From the NCBI RefSeq assembly GCF_006345805.1, contig NC_043010.1, positions 58,342,001-58,406,000 on the forward strand: a DNA stretch of 64,000 nucleotides. Direction: 5' to 3'. Below the pieces are notes generated by a model, which was not told where the DNA came from, searched no databases, and saw nothing but the letters and a program-made list of their open reading frames with translations. The stretch is from Octopus sinensis. Its lineage: Eukaryota. A program made the translations under genes and the position numbers. Position 1 is the stretch's first letter, and the number at the start of each line of letters is the position of its first letter. This document shows positions 11,346 through 24,368 of the stretch, in pieces.

Positions 11346-13199
11346 AGAGAGAGAGAGAGAGAGAGTAAAGAGAATACATTTCGTCCTGTAGAGTAAGAAT
11401 TCTGCCAGCTCACCACCTCCAATAATGATAATAATGGTAATAACAACAACAACAACAATACATACATACATACAGGTATATATAAATTTAAGTATATAAA
11501 TATACTTTTGTTAATTCATTTCTTGACATACTACAAAATGTGTGCCAAAATAATTTTATTTGCTCTAAATCAGAACACCAGCTAAAAATATAACATCAGA
11601 ATCAATTAAAAGTGAGATATTTTAGGTGTGAAGGGGATTCCGTAAAAATTGTAGAGACCTACTTTGGAAGAGGGATGGCTGCGTGGTTAAAGAGATTGCA
11701 CATCCATGAGATGATAACAGGTTCAAACACACTTGGTGGCACTTTGGGCAAGTGTCTTCTACCATATTTAACCAATGCCATGTGATTAAAATTTGCTAAA
11801 CAAAAACTGTAAGGCAGTCTTTTGAAGAGATAGTTATTGTTCTTTAACAGGAGACTTCTTTGGACCCCTTGTTTGACACAAACCCTCCTGACCCTAATTT
11901 GGCTAAAGATTGCTATATCTTTTAACAGGTCGCTGGTCTGAAGATGACATTGTTCTTTCATGTCCAGCAGTGAAGATTTGTTTGTTACCCACCAAGTGTG
12001 GTCAAGTCTGCCCTTCACCAGCAATAGAAGGTAGGAGTCAACTGCATCTGTCCCCTGTATAGCAGAGTGAGATCTGTTACAGTGAGGGATTGTAGAGTTT
12101 GGTCATGTGAAGAATATGGGCAATGGCCATTCCAAGAAGGAGGGTTTGCTGAGAAGAGAATCTTTTAATGGTGTGAGATGAGACAAAGGTGTAAGATGAA
12201 GTGAATGGGAAAGACAATTATGGTAAAGTTTTGTCACTGAAGAATCAACAATGTTTAACTCATTGGGTTGGGATTAGATGGGGAATTAGTGGCTATTTCT
12301 AGCAGGTCAATCCACCACATAGAGTCTTGCTTCTTTAGGCTGCATGTTAGGTTGTATCTTGGTGTAACAGAAGGGAAAGGATTATATTAGGGCCAGAAAG
12401 GGTTGGAAAGGCTTATAAGTGGGTTAGGAGTGAAAATAAGTCCAAAGTGTCAGTATCAGGTACAGATAGGAAAGGATACCTCCTGGGGCAGGGAATTGAG
12501 GGTATCAAATGATTGAGCCTCTTTATCAGAAGGGCTAGTGGGAGGGGCAGATTGCAAGGGCTAAGAGGTGAAAGTTGGGTTGTATACATTAAGGCACCAA
12601 CAATAAGGGTTTTGATGAATCAAGTTGTGTTCTTAACACTTGTTTAATATAATATTAATATATGAGCCAGAAAGAGCAGCCATATCTGTCTCAAGCCATG
12701 CTCTACAATGTCCAAAAAAGGAATGAGGCATCAAACAAAGGAGTTTTAACTGTTTTTAAGAAAAGTTTAGCTGATTCATTTCCAGAGCCTCTAAGGCTTG
12801 CAGAAAAAAATAAACAAGATGGTCATGAATGGCATGTCATTGATCAGGGTTAACCCCGGAGTAAGCCCCAATAGCATCAACTTCATCAATAACTACCAAG
12901 TGTTGTGTTTACTGTCCCCTAAACAGATACAAAATATAGAAAAGTAAACATTCAGGGTGCTTGGTGCCTAAAAGATAAAGGAGGGACCTGATGGAAGAGT
13001 TGGAGACTCAGATGAAACACCTTTTGGTGTTTCTTCCTCCTCTTTATGTTCTGAGTTCAAATCCTGTTGAGATCAACTTTGCTTTTCAAACTTTGGGCTC
13101 AATAAAACAGAGTACTAGTCAAGTACTGATGATGGTGGTGGGGTTTAACACTATAATCAACTAGCAGCCCTCTCCTTTCAAAGATATTAACACTAATAT

Positions 13200-13512
13200 A
13201 ATGCCGGTGCCGACTGACTGGCATCCGTTTTGGTGGCATAAAAAGCACCATTAGAGCATGGCCAATGCCAGTGCTGTCTGACTGGCACATAAAAAGTACC
13301 ATTCGAGTGTGGCCGATGCCAGTGCCACTCGACTGGCTCCCATGCTGGTGGCACATAAAAAGCACCCACCACACTCATGGGGTGGCTGGCATTAAGAAGG
13401 GCATCCAGCTATGAGATTTTGGCCTGTGGTGCAGTGTCCCGGCCTGCCAGTTCTCAGTCAAACCATCCAACCCATGCCAGCTTGGAAAGCAGACGTTAAA
13501 CGATGATGATGT
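13200..13512 (+). mobile_element. RTE 3'UTR fragment
   Basis: GGCACATAAAAAGCACC repeats, terminal motif and GAT tail. Confidence 0.8.
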
Positions 13513-13690
13513 TGATAACATCTAATATTCATATAGTACTAATACTATACTAATGTTACTAATATACATATAAATATTAGTACAAATACAAATATTGCTC
13601 ATAAATACTATTATAAATAAAATAAGACGAGTTCCTGTCTTATAAAAGGAGCTGTGTCCATTAGATGTGGTTAATACGAGGAAAGATTTG

Positions 13691-13735
13691 GATTTACTGA
13701 AGAGGACTAATAATAGAGAAACATATGTAGAGTTG
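13691..13735 (+). ncRNA. Decayed hammerhead-like motif
   Basis: CTGAAGA(13697)-GGACTAATAATAGA-GAAAC-ATAT-GTA; palindromic stem III; stem I poor. Confidence 0.35.
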
Positions 13736-14164
13736 TCCTGCAGTTGTATACATTAAATGATATTATTTGACACAGAGATACTGACACTGGAATAACAGAT
13801 TACTTTGTTAAACATATTACATGACCATCGATGCTCATACAATACATACATACATATGCACACACACATACACACATGCACATATACACACACGTACATG
13901 CCAAGAACCGTATCTACTTATTTTTTCGAAAATCGTTATTGGGGTCTGTTGAGCAGTGCGAGAAGTGAGACGAGTTGTACTCACATGTGAGCTTTACTCA
14001 ATCAGCTGTTAAGTGCACGCAAATGCTGCAGTAATTAGGCATGAAAACAAGACTTTTTTTATTGCTGGGCATAAGCGTTTTCTTAAGTAAATTTTCAAAA
14101 GGTTTTTTTTTTTACATTGGTTACCCACGTTAGGGCGGTCATTTTGTTATCTATAGTCAAATAT

Positions 14165-14535
14165 TCTTCACTAAGAGAAAAAAAAAAGTCTCGGATTTTT
14201 TGCGTGGAATGAAGTACCCTGACCTAATATTCTGCAAATCCCTTATTTTTGTTCGGAAGAAAGTGGGGGGAACCCCCAACCCTGAATCATTGGAAATATA
14301 TTTTTTTCCGTTAAGTGAATTCCTGTGACCTAATATGCTACAAAACCCTTTTTGGGGTCTGAAAAACGAGGTGGGGTGAGGTGGAAACCTCGGGAATTTC
14401 ACCGGTAAATTTTTATATTAACACACGTACGATTTTCACTAAGAAAAAAGAAAATCGGATTTTTTGCGTGGAATGAAGTACTCTGACCTCCTAATATGCT
14501 GCAAATCCTTTATTTTAGTCCAGAAAAAAGGTGGA
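14165..14535. repeat. Degenerate direct repeats (two ~100-bp copies plus a partial third)
   Basis: TTCACTAAG..CGGATTTTTTGCGTGGAATGAAGTA.CTGACCT at ~14167 and ~14435. Confidence 0.7.
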
Positions 14536-15869
14536 GGCGAGTACGGATATATTTAATAACGAACCATGTAATTCACACTATGGAAAATTTATTTCAGTAA
14601 AATCTTTTTTTTCTTCTAAAACATAAAAGATATCCGAGGACTGCCCCTTGTTATGTTGGCAAACAATCTTTACTCCGAAAGCACTGTTGCTGAATATCTC
14701 CCGTTGTGAGATTTAAAAAATAATTTTCTAACATAAGATATAGTCTATAAATTTAGGATGATTTTGAAAGATACAATACTTTATCATCAGAATATATATA
14801 CTTTCTCACACAACAAAGATTTTAATTATCTTAAATCGTTCATCTTTCTCCCCCCACACATAAAAGTTAGTTCGAGCGCGATTTTTATTTTTATTCCTTA
14901 AAATCGTGAGTGAAAATATCAATGGGAGTGGGGATTTAATGGTTAATGTTTAAATCTTGACCCTGAAAGGAAAATCCAAAAATTATACTGGAATGGGTGT
15001 CAAAGAATGTGTAGAAAACGAATTGTAAAAAAAAAAATTACGCGAAAAGCAACATGAGGGAGGAGAGGACTTCGGAAAATTCACAAGATCCGAGTTTTTC
15101 CCTCGCAACTTTTAGGAAAATGGATTTCTTTTTCAATGAAATTTTATAGAGATACCTTTTAGATGGCATACATTACGATTAGAAAGAAATTTCTAGGGTA
15201 AATCTTTTTCAAGAGGGTAGGAAGAAGACTTCTCTCGTAACTTTTAGGAAAATGGCGATTTTTTCCAATGAAATTTTACAGAAATATCTTCCAAACGGCA
15301 TAAATTAGGATTAGAAAGAAATTTCTGGGGATCCTGAATATTTCCTAGTTTTATTTCGAAACCACATTCAACTTTGTATTATTTCTATTTTCAAAGAAGT
15401 TTGAAAAGAATAATAAACGAATGCTGAAGTTATAAGAATTCGTGGTAACGATGTCTGCCCAAGAAAACCCTGTTAGTGTTTGTTTGAAACAAGTCAAAGT
15501 CTATTAAAACAATATCTTTTACATACCTGCTGAAATTACTGGACATATACATCCCAGCATATATAAGCCATAAGCTGCAAAACAGTTTTCAAATATCATC
15601 AATTGTTTCCACTTTTCTTTAGCAATTTTCTGCGCCGACATTTTGAGCGGGGAACAGGTTCTCTTTCGATTTCGGGGGCAGAGAGAGAGAGAGAGAGAGG
15701 GGGAGTGAGTAAGGGTGTTCTTTGTCAGTTATGTTTTTTTTTTTGCCTGTACAATATAAATTTTGAAATGCAGATTCATCTTCAGATTCGGAATCTACGC
15801 CCCCGATATAGTGTGTTCATGTAAAAATGAAACCAAAAAATATCCCAAAGGGGGTGCAGTCCATGATCT

Positions 15870-16257
15870 TTACCTCCGCCGATTTGTACACACCCCGGTG
15901 ACCGATCTATGAAATTTTGGCAATGATTTAATGTATGGGGGTGAATGTAACCGAGTATGTGGAGATTACAATAGCTTGCCAAATTGTCAGTCATAACAGT
16001 TGTTCCTGGAAGAACCTTTTGTCTGATGACATTCTCCAACGTCTCTGTACTCCTCTTATCGGGTACACGTTGAAGAAATGCTTTTCTGGTTGTGGTGTCT
16101 TGCGACACATTCTTCCTACATTGTTCTTGCTATTGAAGAACAAGCTTTCACCGATCTCCACTGTATGATCCGGACCACCAATGGGAGTTTTGTCCTGCAG
16201 TAGTTTTGCCGAACAAACATCTGTACAGAACTGGTACCACTGAACGGTAGTTTTATA
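15870..16257 (-). pseudogene. Merlin/ISXO2-like DDE transposase relic
   Basis: Manual translation TTVQWYQFCTDVCS..IGGPDHTVEIGESLF..KNNVGR, then a frameshift into FLQRVPDKRSTETLENVIRQKVLPGTTVMTD..Y..L..GYIH..LNHCQNFID; first catalytic D reads G, internal deletion. Confidence 0.85.
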
Positions 16258-16873
16258 TCAATGCAGTTCGTTCTTGCAGATATCGTCACAGGCAATCCGA
16301 AAATAAAATCAAACACTAAATGCAAAATTACATATAAATAATAAATAAATAAACAACTAACAAAGCCCACCTTCACTCACTCCACCCCCCTCTCTCTCTC
16401 TGCCCCCGAAATCGAAGGAGACCTGTTCCCCGTTCAAAATGTCGGCGCGGAAAACTGCTAAAGAAAAGTGGAAACATTTGATGATATTTGAAAACTGTTT
16501 TGCAGCTTATGGCTTATATATGCTGGGATGTATATGTCCAGTAATTTCAGCAGGTATGTAAAAGATATTGTTTTAATAGACTTTGACTTGTTTCAAACAA
16601 ACACTAACAGGGTTTTCTTGGGCAGACATCGTTACCACGAATTCTTATAACTTCAGCATTCGTTTATTATTCTTTTCAAACTTCTTTGAAAATAGAAATA
16701 ATACATTTCTAAATTTGCCAGAGAGATTTCTATAGAAAGTAATCCACACTCTAGAAATCGTATTTCTGCAAAATGTCATCTTAAAATACGTGTAAAGAAA
16801 GGGGCCGGATGCCGTTTCGCACCTCACCTTCAAAAGGGCAGTTTTTTTTATAAAAGATTTCTTCGGAAACGTA

Positions 16874-16946
<73 letters not shown>

Positions 16947-17205
16947 ATATGTATACAGATAGATAGAGAGAGAGACAAAGTAATAAGAAGTGAATGAGAA
17001 TAACGATGGAATGGTTAAAAAATGGCACTGTCATGCCTTTGGATAAAAATAATTGAAGATGAAATTAAGTAAAAATGAAGCCAAAACATTAAGAATTATT
17101 GAAAATAGAAAAAACACTACGTAGTGTAGAAGTATAAGGCTAGGCTATCTGTAGAAAGTTGAATGTGGTTTCGAAATATAACAAGGAAAAATTCAGGATC
17201 CCCAC

Positions 17206-20200
17206 AAATTTCTTTATAATCCTAATTTATGCCGTTTGGAAGATATTTCAATAAAATTTCATTGGAAGAATCGCCATTTTCCCAAAAGTTACGAGAGAAG
17301 TCTTGTTCCTACCCTCTTGGAAGAGATTTACCCTAGAAATTTCTTTATAATCCCAATTTATGCCGTTTGGAAGATATTTCAATAAAATTTCATTGGAAGA
17401 ATCGCCATTTTCCCAAAAGTTACGAGAGAAGTCTTGTTCCTACCCTCTTGGAAAAGATTTACCCTAGAAATTTCTTTATAATCCCAATTTATGCCGTTTG
17501 AAAGATATTTCTATAAAATTTCATTGGAAGAATCGCCATTTTCCTAAAAGTTACGAGAGAAGTCTTCTTCCTACCCTCTTGGAAGAGATTTACCCTAGAA
17601 ATTCTTTATAATCCTAATCTATGCCGTTTGGAAGATATTTCTATAAAATTTCATTGGAAGAATCGCCATTTTCCAAAAGTTACGAGAGAAGTCTTGTTCC
17701 TACCCTCTTGGAAAAGATTTACCCTAGAAATTTCTTTATAATCCCAATTTATGCCGTTTGAAAGATATTTCTATAAAATTTCATTGGAAGAATCGCCATT
17801 TTCCTAAAAGTTACGAGAGAAGTCTTCTTCCTACCCTCTTGGAAGAGATTTACCCTAGAAATTTCTTTATAATCCTAATCTATGCCGTTTGGAAGATATT
17901 TCTATAAAATTTCATTGGAAGAATCGCCATTTTCCTAAAAGTTACGAGAGAAGTCTTGTTCCAACCCTTTTGAAAAAGATTTACCCTAGAAATTTCTTTA
18001 TAATCCCAATTTATGCCGTTTGAAAGATATTTCTATAAAATTTCATTGGAAGAATCGCCATTTTCCTAAAAGTTACGAGAGAAGTCTTCTTCCTACCCTC
18101 TTGGAAGAGATTTACCCTAGAAATTTCTTTATAATCCTAATCTATGCCGTTTGGAAGATATTTCTATAAAATTTCATTGGAAGAATCGCCATTTTCCCAA
18201 AAGTTACGAGAGAAGTCTTGTTCCTACCCTCTTGGAAAAGATTTACCCTAGAAATTTCTTTATAATCCCAATTTATGCCGTTTGAAAGATATTCATATAA
18301 TTTCATTGGAAGAATCGCCATTTTCCTAAAAGTTACGAGAGAAGTCTTCTTCCTACCCTCTTGGAAGAGATTTACCCTAGAAATTTCTTTATAATCCTAA
18401 TCTTGCCGTTTGGAAGATATTTCTATAAAATTTCATTGAAGAATCGCCATTTTCCTAAAAGTTACGAGAGAAGTCTTGTTCCAACCCTTTTGAAAAAGAT
18501 TTACCCTAGAAATTTCTTTATAATCCCAATTTATGCCGTTTGAAAGATATTTCTATAAAATTTCATTGGAAGAATCGCCATTTTACTAAAAGTTACGAGA
18601 GAAGTCTTCTTCCAACCCTTTTGAAAAAGATTTACCCTAGAAATTTCTTTATAATCCTAATTTATGCCGTTTGAAAGATATTTCTATAAAATTTCATTGG
18701 AAGAATCGCCATTTTCCTAAAAGTTATGAGAGAAGTCTTGTTCCAACCCTTTTGGAAAAGATTTACCCTAGAAATTTCTTTATAATCCTAATTTATGCCG
18801 TTTGAAAGATATTTCTATAAAATTTCATTGGAAGAATCGCCATTTTCCTAAAAGTTACGAGAGAAGTCTTCTTCCAACCCTTTTGAAAAAGATTTACCCT
18901 AGAAATTTCTTTATAATCCCAATTTATGCCGTTTGAAAGGTATTTCTATAAAATTTCATTGGAAGAATCGCCATTTTCCTAAAAGTTACGAGAGAAGTCT
19001 TGTTCCAACCCTCTTGGAAAACATTTACCCTAGAAATTTCTTTATAATCCTAATTTATGCCGTTTGGAAGATATTTCTATAAAATTTCATTGGAAGAATC
19101 GCCATTTTCCTAAAAGTTACGAGGGAAGTCTTCTTCCAACCATCTTGGAAAAGATTTACCCTAGAAATTTCTTTATAATCCCAATTTATGCCGTTTGAAA
19201 GATATTTCTATAAAATTTCATTGGAAGAATCGCCATTTTCCTAAAAGTTACGAGAGAAATCTTGTTCCTACCCTCTTGGAAAAGATTTACCCTAGAAATT
19301 TCTTTTAATCCTGATGTATGCCGTCTGAAAGGTATTTCTATAAAATTTCATTGGAAGAATCGCCATTTTCCTAAAAGTTACGAGAGAAGTCTTGTTCCTA
19401 CCCTCTTGGAAAACATTTACCCTAGAAATTTCTTTATAATCCTGATGTATGCCGTCTGAAAGATATTTCTATAAAATTTCATTAGAAGAATCGCCATTTT
19501 CCTAAAAGTTACGAGAGAAGTCTTGTTCCTACCCTCTTGGAAAACATTTACCCTAAAAAATTTCTTTATAATCCTAATTTATGCCGTTTGGAAGGTATTT
19601 CTATAAAATTTCATTGGAAGAATCGCCATTTTCCTAAAAGTTATGAGAGAAGTCTTCTTCCAACCCTCTTGAAAAAGATTTACCCTAGAAATTTCTTTAT
19701 AATCCTAATTTATGCCGTTTGAAAGATATTTCTATAAAATTTCATTGGAAGAATCGCCATTTTCCTAAAAGTTATGAGAGAAGTCTTCTTCCAACCCTCT
19801 TGAAAAAGATTTACCCTAGAAATTTCTTTATAATCCTAATTTATGCCGTTTGAAAGATATTTCTATAAAATTTCATTGGAAGAATCGCCATTTTCCTAAA
19901 AGTTACGAGAGAAGTCTTCTTCCAACCCTCTTGAAAAAGATTTACCCTAGAAATTTCTTTATAATCCTAATTTATGCCGTTTGGAAGGTATTTCTATAAA
20001 ATTTCATTGGAAGAATCGCCATTTTCCCAAAAGTTACGAGCGAAGTCTTGTTCCTACCCTCTTGGAAAAGATTTACCCTAGAAATTTCTTTATAATCGTA
20101 ATGTATGCCGTTTGGAAGGTATTTCTATAAAGTTTCATTGAAAAAAAAATCCATTTTCCTAAAAGTTACGAAGGAAAAGCTTAGGTTTTGTGAATATTCC

Positions 20201-20278
20201 GAAGTCCTCTTCCCACCCCTTTGGAAAAGATTTTCCTCTCAAATTTCTTTATAATCGTAATGTATTCCGTTTGAAAGG
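17206..20278. repeat. 131-bp tandem repeat array, about 23 copies
   Basis: AAAGTTA(C/T)G anchor counted 23 times from 17289 to 20166, spacing 129-132 bp. Confidence 0.97.
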
Positions 20279-20470
20279 TGGCACAAAGCCAGCAATTTTG
20301 TGGCGGTGTATTTGGTTAGGGGTAGTTGATTGCATTGACCCCAATGCTCAACTGGTACTTAATTTATCAACTCTGAAAGAAGGAAAGTTAAAATTGACCT
20401 CAGCAGAATTTGAACCTAGAATGTGGATGAAGGTATAATGCCTAGTAGCAATGATTCTGTCAACTTACCT
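20279..20470 (-). mobile_element. SINE family B copy at the end of the array
   Basis: GGCACAAAGCCAGCAATTTTG..CAACTGGTACTTAATTTATC..GAATTTGAAC. Confidence 0.7.
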
Positions 20471-20479
20471 CCTCATATG

Positions 20480-20950
20480 GTGTAAATGCCACGTATAAAG
20501 CACCCGTTTTGGGGTTATGTAAAAAGCTCTTGTTTCAGGGGCCACATCATAGCGTTTGTGCTGGTGCCATGTAAAAAGCTTTTCTGTGAGAGCCACATAG
20601 AAGCACCCATTCCAGGACCATGTTATTTTACCCACACTGGTTCTATATAAAAAGCACATGTACTGGTGCCACTTAAAAACCCTCATTCCAGTGTCACTTA
20701 AAACACCCCTGCAAGTGCGCCATAAAGGCACCTGTGCTGGTGCCACATATAAAGCGCTCATCTGGTGCCATATAATTAGCATCCAGCCCACTCTGTAAAG
20801 TGGTTGCCTTTAGGAAGAGCATCCAACTGTAGAAAGCATGACAAAGCAGACAATTGGAGCTGGGGCAGCCCTGCAGCTAGCCAGCCCCTGTCAAACTATC
20901 CAACCCATGCCAACATGGAAAACAGATTTTAAATGACGACAACATGGTGA
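20480..20950 (+). mobile_element. RTE 3'UTR variant with short (~30-bp) subrepeats
   Basis: GGTGCCAC(A/G)TAAAAAGC repeats followed by the terminal motif. Confidence 0.7.
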
Positions 20951-21436
20951 TGAGGAGGAGGAAGAGGAATCAACTTGTAGAGTATTATTGATTCATTTCA
21001 ACCAATCTTATCGATTGCTTTTACACCTGGTGTTAGATACCCAGATATTAAGGTAACAGCACGGTTAAGTAATACCACATGCTCTTCAGAGATGGCAGGA
21101 GAACTTGCTATCTCCAAAGAACATTGTATTTACCCAGCTGCCCTGTTATCTAATATCCGGTGCATAGCTGATTGGTAAGATTAGCAGTAATGATGCTATA
21201 ATTCTAGATTCTTAGATGGCTGGCTTAAAGTTAAATATTGCTTAAAGAAAATAGTTCAAAATTAGACATTGTTTAAAGTTATATACAGGTTCACAAGTAT
21301 TACCACATTCATCCATGCTTTTAAAAACAAACAGAATTAAAGACAATATTATTTTTTTAAAAATGGTAACTAGATTTGGGTATGTACAAGGCCACATCAC
21401 AAAATAACTGCATTCTCTTTTATCACAACTTATTTG

Positions 21437-21660
21437 GATATCCCAAGTATGTTGATACCTTGATATCTACCGTCTATCAATGTGTAGATATTTACAATAT
21501 ATCAATATCTAGATATCCGTAGTAAGTAAATATCTAGATATTTCCAGTATGTCGATACTAGATTTGACCAGTAGGTCAATTTCTGGATATCTAAAGTATG
21601 TTGATATTGAAATATCTATAGTCAGTCAATATGTAGATATCTCCAGTATGTCGATATCTG
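21437..21660. repeat. Degenerate ~25-bp minisatellite
   Basis: Approximate consensus TAGATATCTCCAGTATGTCGATATC, roughly 9 units. Confidence 0.7.
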
Positions 21661-21862
21661 TGTAGACTAGAAGTTCATAATGTACAAGTAAGTACAAAGA
21701 CAAAACCCATCCTGACATACCTCCATTAAAGGGTAGGCTCACCCACTCCCCCACATGTACATGTACATACACACATAACTAATTCTGCTTATGTAAGCAT
21801 AAACAGACGCAGATAGTTTTATGTTGCTACATGTGTGTGTAAAAGTGCATCTGTGTATATCA

Positions 21863-22560
21863 CCATCATCATCATCATCATCCTTTAATGTCCATTGTCC
21901 ATGCTGGCATGGCTTGGACGGTTTGACCAGGACTGGCAAGCCTGGAACCTGCGCCAGGCTGATTTGTCATAGTTTCTACAGCTCGACGCCCTTCCTAACA
22001 ACAACCACTTTGCAGTGTGATGGGGGCTTCTAACATGGCACCAGCACTTTGACATGGTACCAACATGAGAACTTTTATGTGGTGCCAGCATAAGTGCTTT
22101 TTACATGGCATTGGCACAGAGCTGTTGCAGGTCAACCCACTTCATCAGGTTTTTGTGTGTGTGTGTGTAATATATATCATCATCATCATTGTTTAACATC
22201 CGTTTTCCATGCTAGCACGGGTTGCACAGTTTGACCGGGGTCTGGGAAGCCAGGAGGTTGCACCTGACTCCGGTCTGATCTGGCAGTGTTTCTACAGCTG
22301 GATGCCCTTTCTAACGCCAACCACTCCGTGAGTGTAGTGGGTGCTTTTTACATGCCAGGGGAGGCTGGCAGTGGCAACGATCGGTTAGTGCTTTTTATGT
22401 GCCACCGGCACAGAAGCCAGTCAAGGTGGCGCTGGCATCAGCAACGTTCGGATGGTGCTTTTTACGTGCCACCGGCACAGGTATCACAACTACTATTTCC
22501 ATTTGATATTTATTTCGATGTTCATGTACTTGACTCAATAGGTCTCCTCAAGCACAGCAG
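21863..22560 (-). mobile_element. Two tandem RTE 3'UTR fragments
   Basis: (CAT)n tails at 21863 and 22178, each followed by the UTR motif. Confidence 0.8.
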
Positions 22561-22930
22561 GTTGTTCTGCAATCCAAGGTACTTTGAATGGGCTGGGGCT
22601 ATGCAAAACTGGTGCCGGAAGCAGCCCGGGTTGGTGCAGGAAGCAGCCCAGGTGGTTCAATATATATTTATAGGGTTTAGTAGAGTTAGAGGTTGGAATA
22701 ACTATCTAATGATAATAGTATCCATTGTGCTGCTGGCATAATTACCAATGTTAACCCTGGACATACATATGCAAGCATATTATGCTCATGGATTACAAGT
22801 AATAACAAAGATAAACATGAGTTTATCAGGAATCAAATTTAAAATAAACAGAAAATAAAGAAATATTGATGAACAATAATTAACTTAGATCAATTATTAT
22901 TTTTTAATTCAATACAAATAGACTGCATCC

Positions 22931-23048
22931 CATCTGACAGCTGTTTCTGCTTCCAATGTCATATGGTATTGCCATTGAAAATTCTAAAACTGATATTCAT
23001 CATATTTGCTAATACATCCGATCTGGAACATGGAGCTTCATCAGAGTG
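22931..23048 (-). ncRNA. Hammerhead ribozyme motif with long stem II insert
   Basis: Minus strand: CACT-CTGATGA-AGCTCCA...TGGAAGCA-GAAAC-AGCT-GTC-AGATG; same ACAGCTGT stem III as 10047. Confidence 0.55.
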
Positions 23049-23129
23049 AAAAAAAATACATAAAAGAAAAGAAGAGCCTTGAGAGGAAGATGAAAAGCTG
23101 AATATATTTAAATCATACTATTTTGCTTA

Positions 23130-23980
23130 TGTGCCACTTTGGGACGTTGACTCAACATCTCAAATGTGAAACCATCTATCTTAGTTGAAGGAAAGCTAAT
23201 GAAAGTAGCAGACTGGTTTGTCTCTTGGGGCAGCACATTCAGGTGTTCTTGCTCCTTGGATGATGAAATACCCTCAAGGCTTCAGAAGACAACAGATTTC
23301 TTTAGAGCTCTTGACTCCCAACTTGGCATCACAAGGCAAACAAACATTGTCGTGTGCCATGTGTATGTGCTGACATCATTTCTTTACTCATGTAAAATAT
23401 GGGCCCTTTAAGAATATTGTGTTAGGGTCCTATAATCCTTTCATCAGAGATGTCTAAGACTGGCCGTTGTGGGAGACAATGACAACAAGAGCCAACATCC
23501 TTAGCATTGAGGCAATAGTTCACAAGCACTGTTCATGTTGGATGAGACACCTCATTTGGAAAAATAATTGAAGGATCTCTAACAAGATACCATATGACAA
23601 ACATATGGTACCATTAGCAGAAACCTAGACTACAATTTAAAGATTGGATACAATCCTCAAAGAGGGCATGTGAAATATGAGAGATCAATTGAAAAAAAAC
23701 AATGCTTGTCATCACCATGAATGGAGGAATCAAGTGAAGAAAGAAACGGGCATTTTCAAAAAAATATGTATTTTTCATGCGGAATCGAATATGCACCACC
23801 AGTGTTGTGAATGAGGGCAAGCTTTGTCTGCAATATCTGCAGAGGTGTATGTTTATCAAGAGCTGGGCTCATTAGTCAACAGCAGAACCACAAGGGTAAA
23901 GGATAAATTTGTCTGAAGTGTACAATGTTCTTAATGGTCAGTGATGGTCTTCCTCAATCACATGTGGAGAGCCATCATAG
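23130..23980 (+). mobile_element. Old RTE/BovB-like LINE C-terminal fragment
   Basis: FVSWGST..SLDDEIPSRLQK..VLTSFLYSCKIW..FHQRCLR; terminal CNIC..C.SRAGLIS Zn-finger-like motif. Confidence 0.7.
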
Positions 23981-24037
23981 CTAAGATATATATTATATAT
24001 AAATAATGTATATAAACATACATATATATATATATAT

Positions 24038-24072
<35 letters not shown>

Positions 24073-24215
24073 AAATATACATATATATATGTATTATATA
24101 TATATATGTATTTTATATATATATGTATTTTATATATATGTATTATATATATATATGTAAGAAATATTGAATTTCTAAATCTCTCGTAGAGACATGTACG
24201 GTGGTGGGGCGATAG

Positions 24216-24368
24216 AATGGTTGTATACTGTCAATCTAACAAGAACGTGACAGTAGGGGGTACACCACCGCTGTATAGCCCTAGGAAGCATCGAACACCT
24301 CCATCAGGAGGCGTTCGATGCTTCCTAGGGCTATACAGTTCTTGTTAGATTGACAGTATACAACCATT
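24216..24368. repeat. Near-perfect nested palindrome
   Basis: Outer arms 24216-24246 / 24338-24368; inner arms 24271-24302 / 24307-24338; 24-nt bulge on the left. Confidence 0.95.

Larger units (their letters stand above)
15059..20278 (-). mobile_element. Merlin-superfamily (IS1595/ISXO2-like) DNA transposon relic with very long inverted arms
   Basis: Transposase relic between inverted arms: 15375-15740 vs 16340-16704, and 15059-15373 vs 17155-20215; true termini and TSD not found. Confidence 0.78.

Noticed and set aside
12980-13042. Hammerhead (CTGATGG..GAAACACC-TTTT-GGTGTT)
   Set aside because: Core deviates from CTGANGA and stems I and II are unconvincing
17206-20278. CRISPR-like array
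   Set aside because: Contiguous near-identical units with no unique spacers, no cas genes, eukaryotic context
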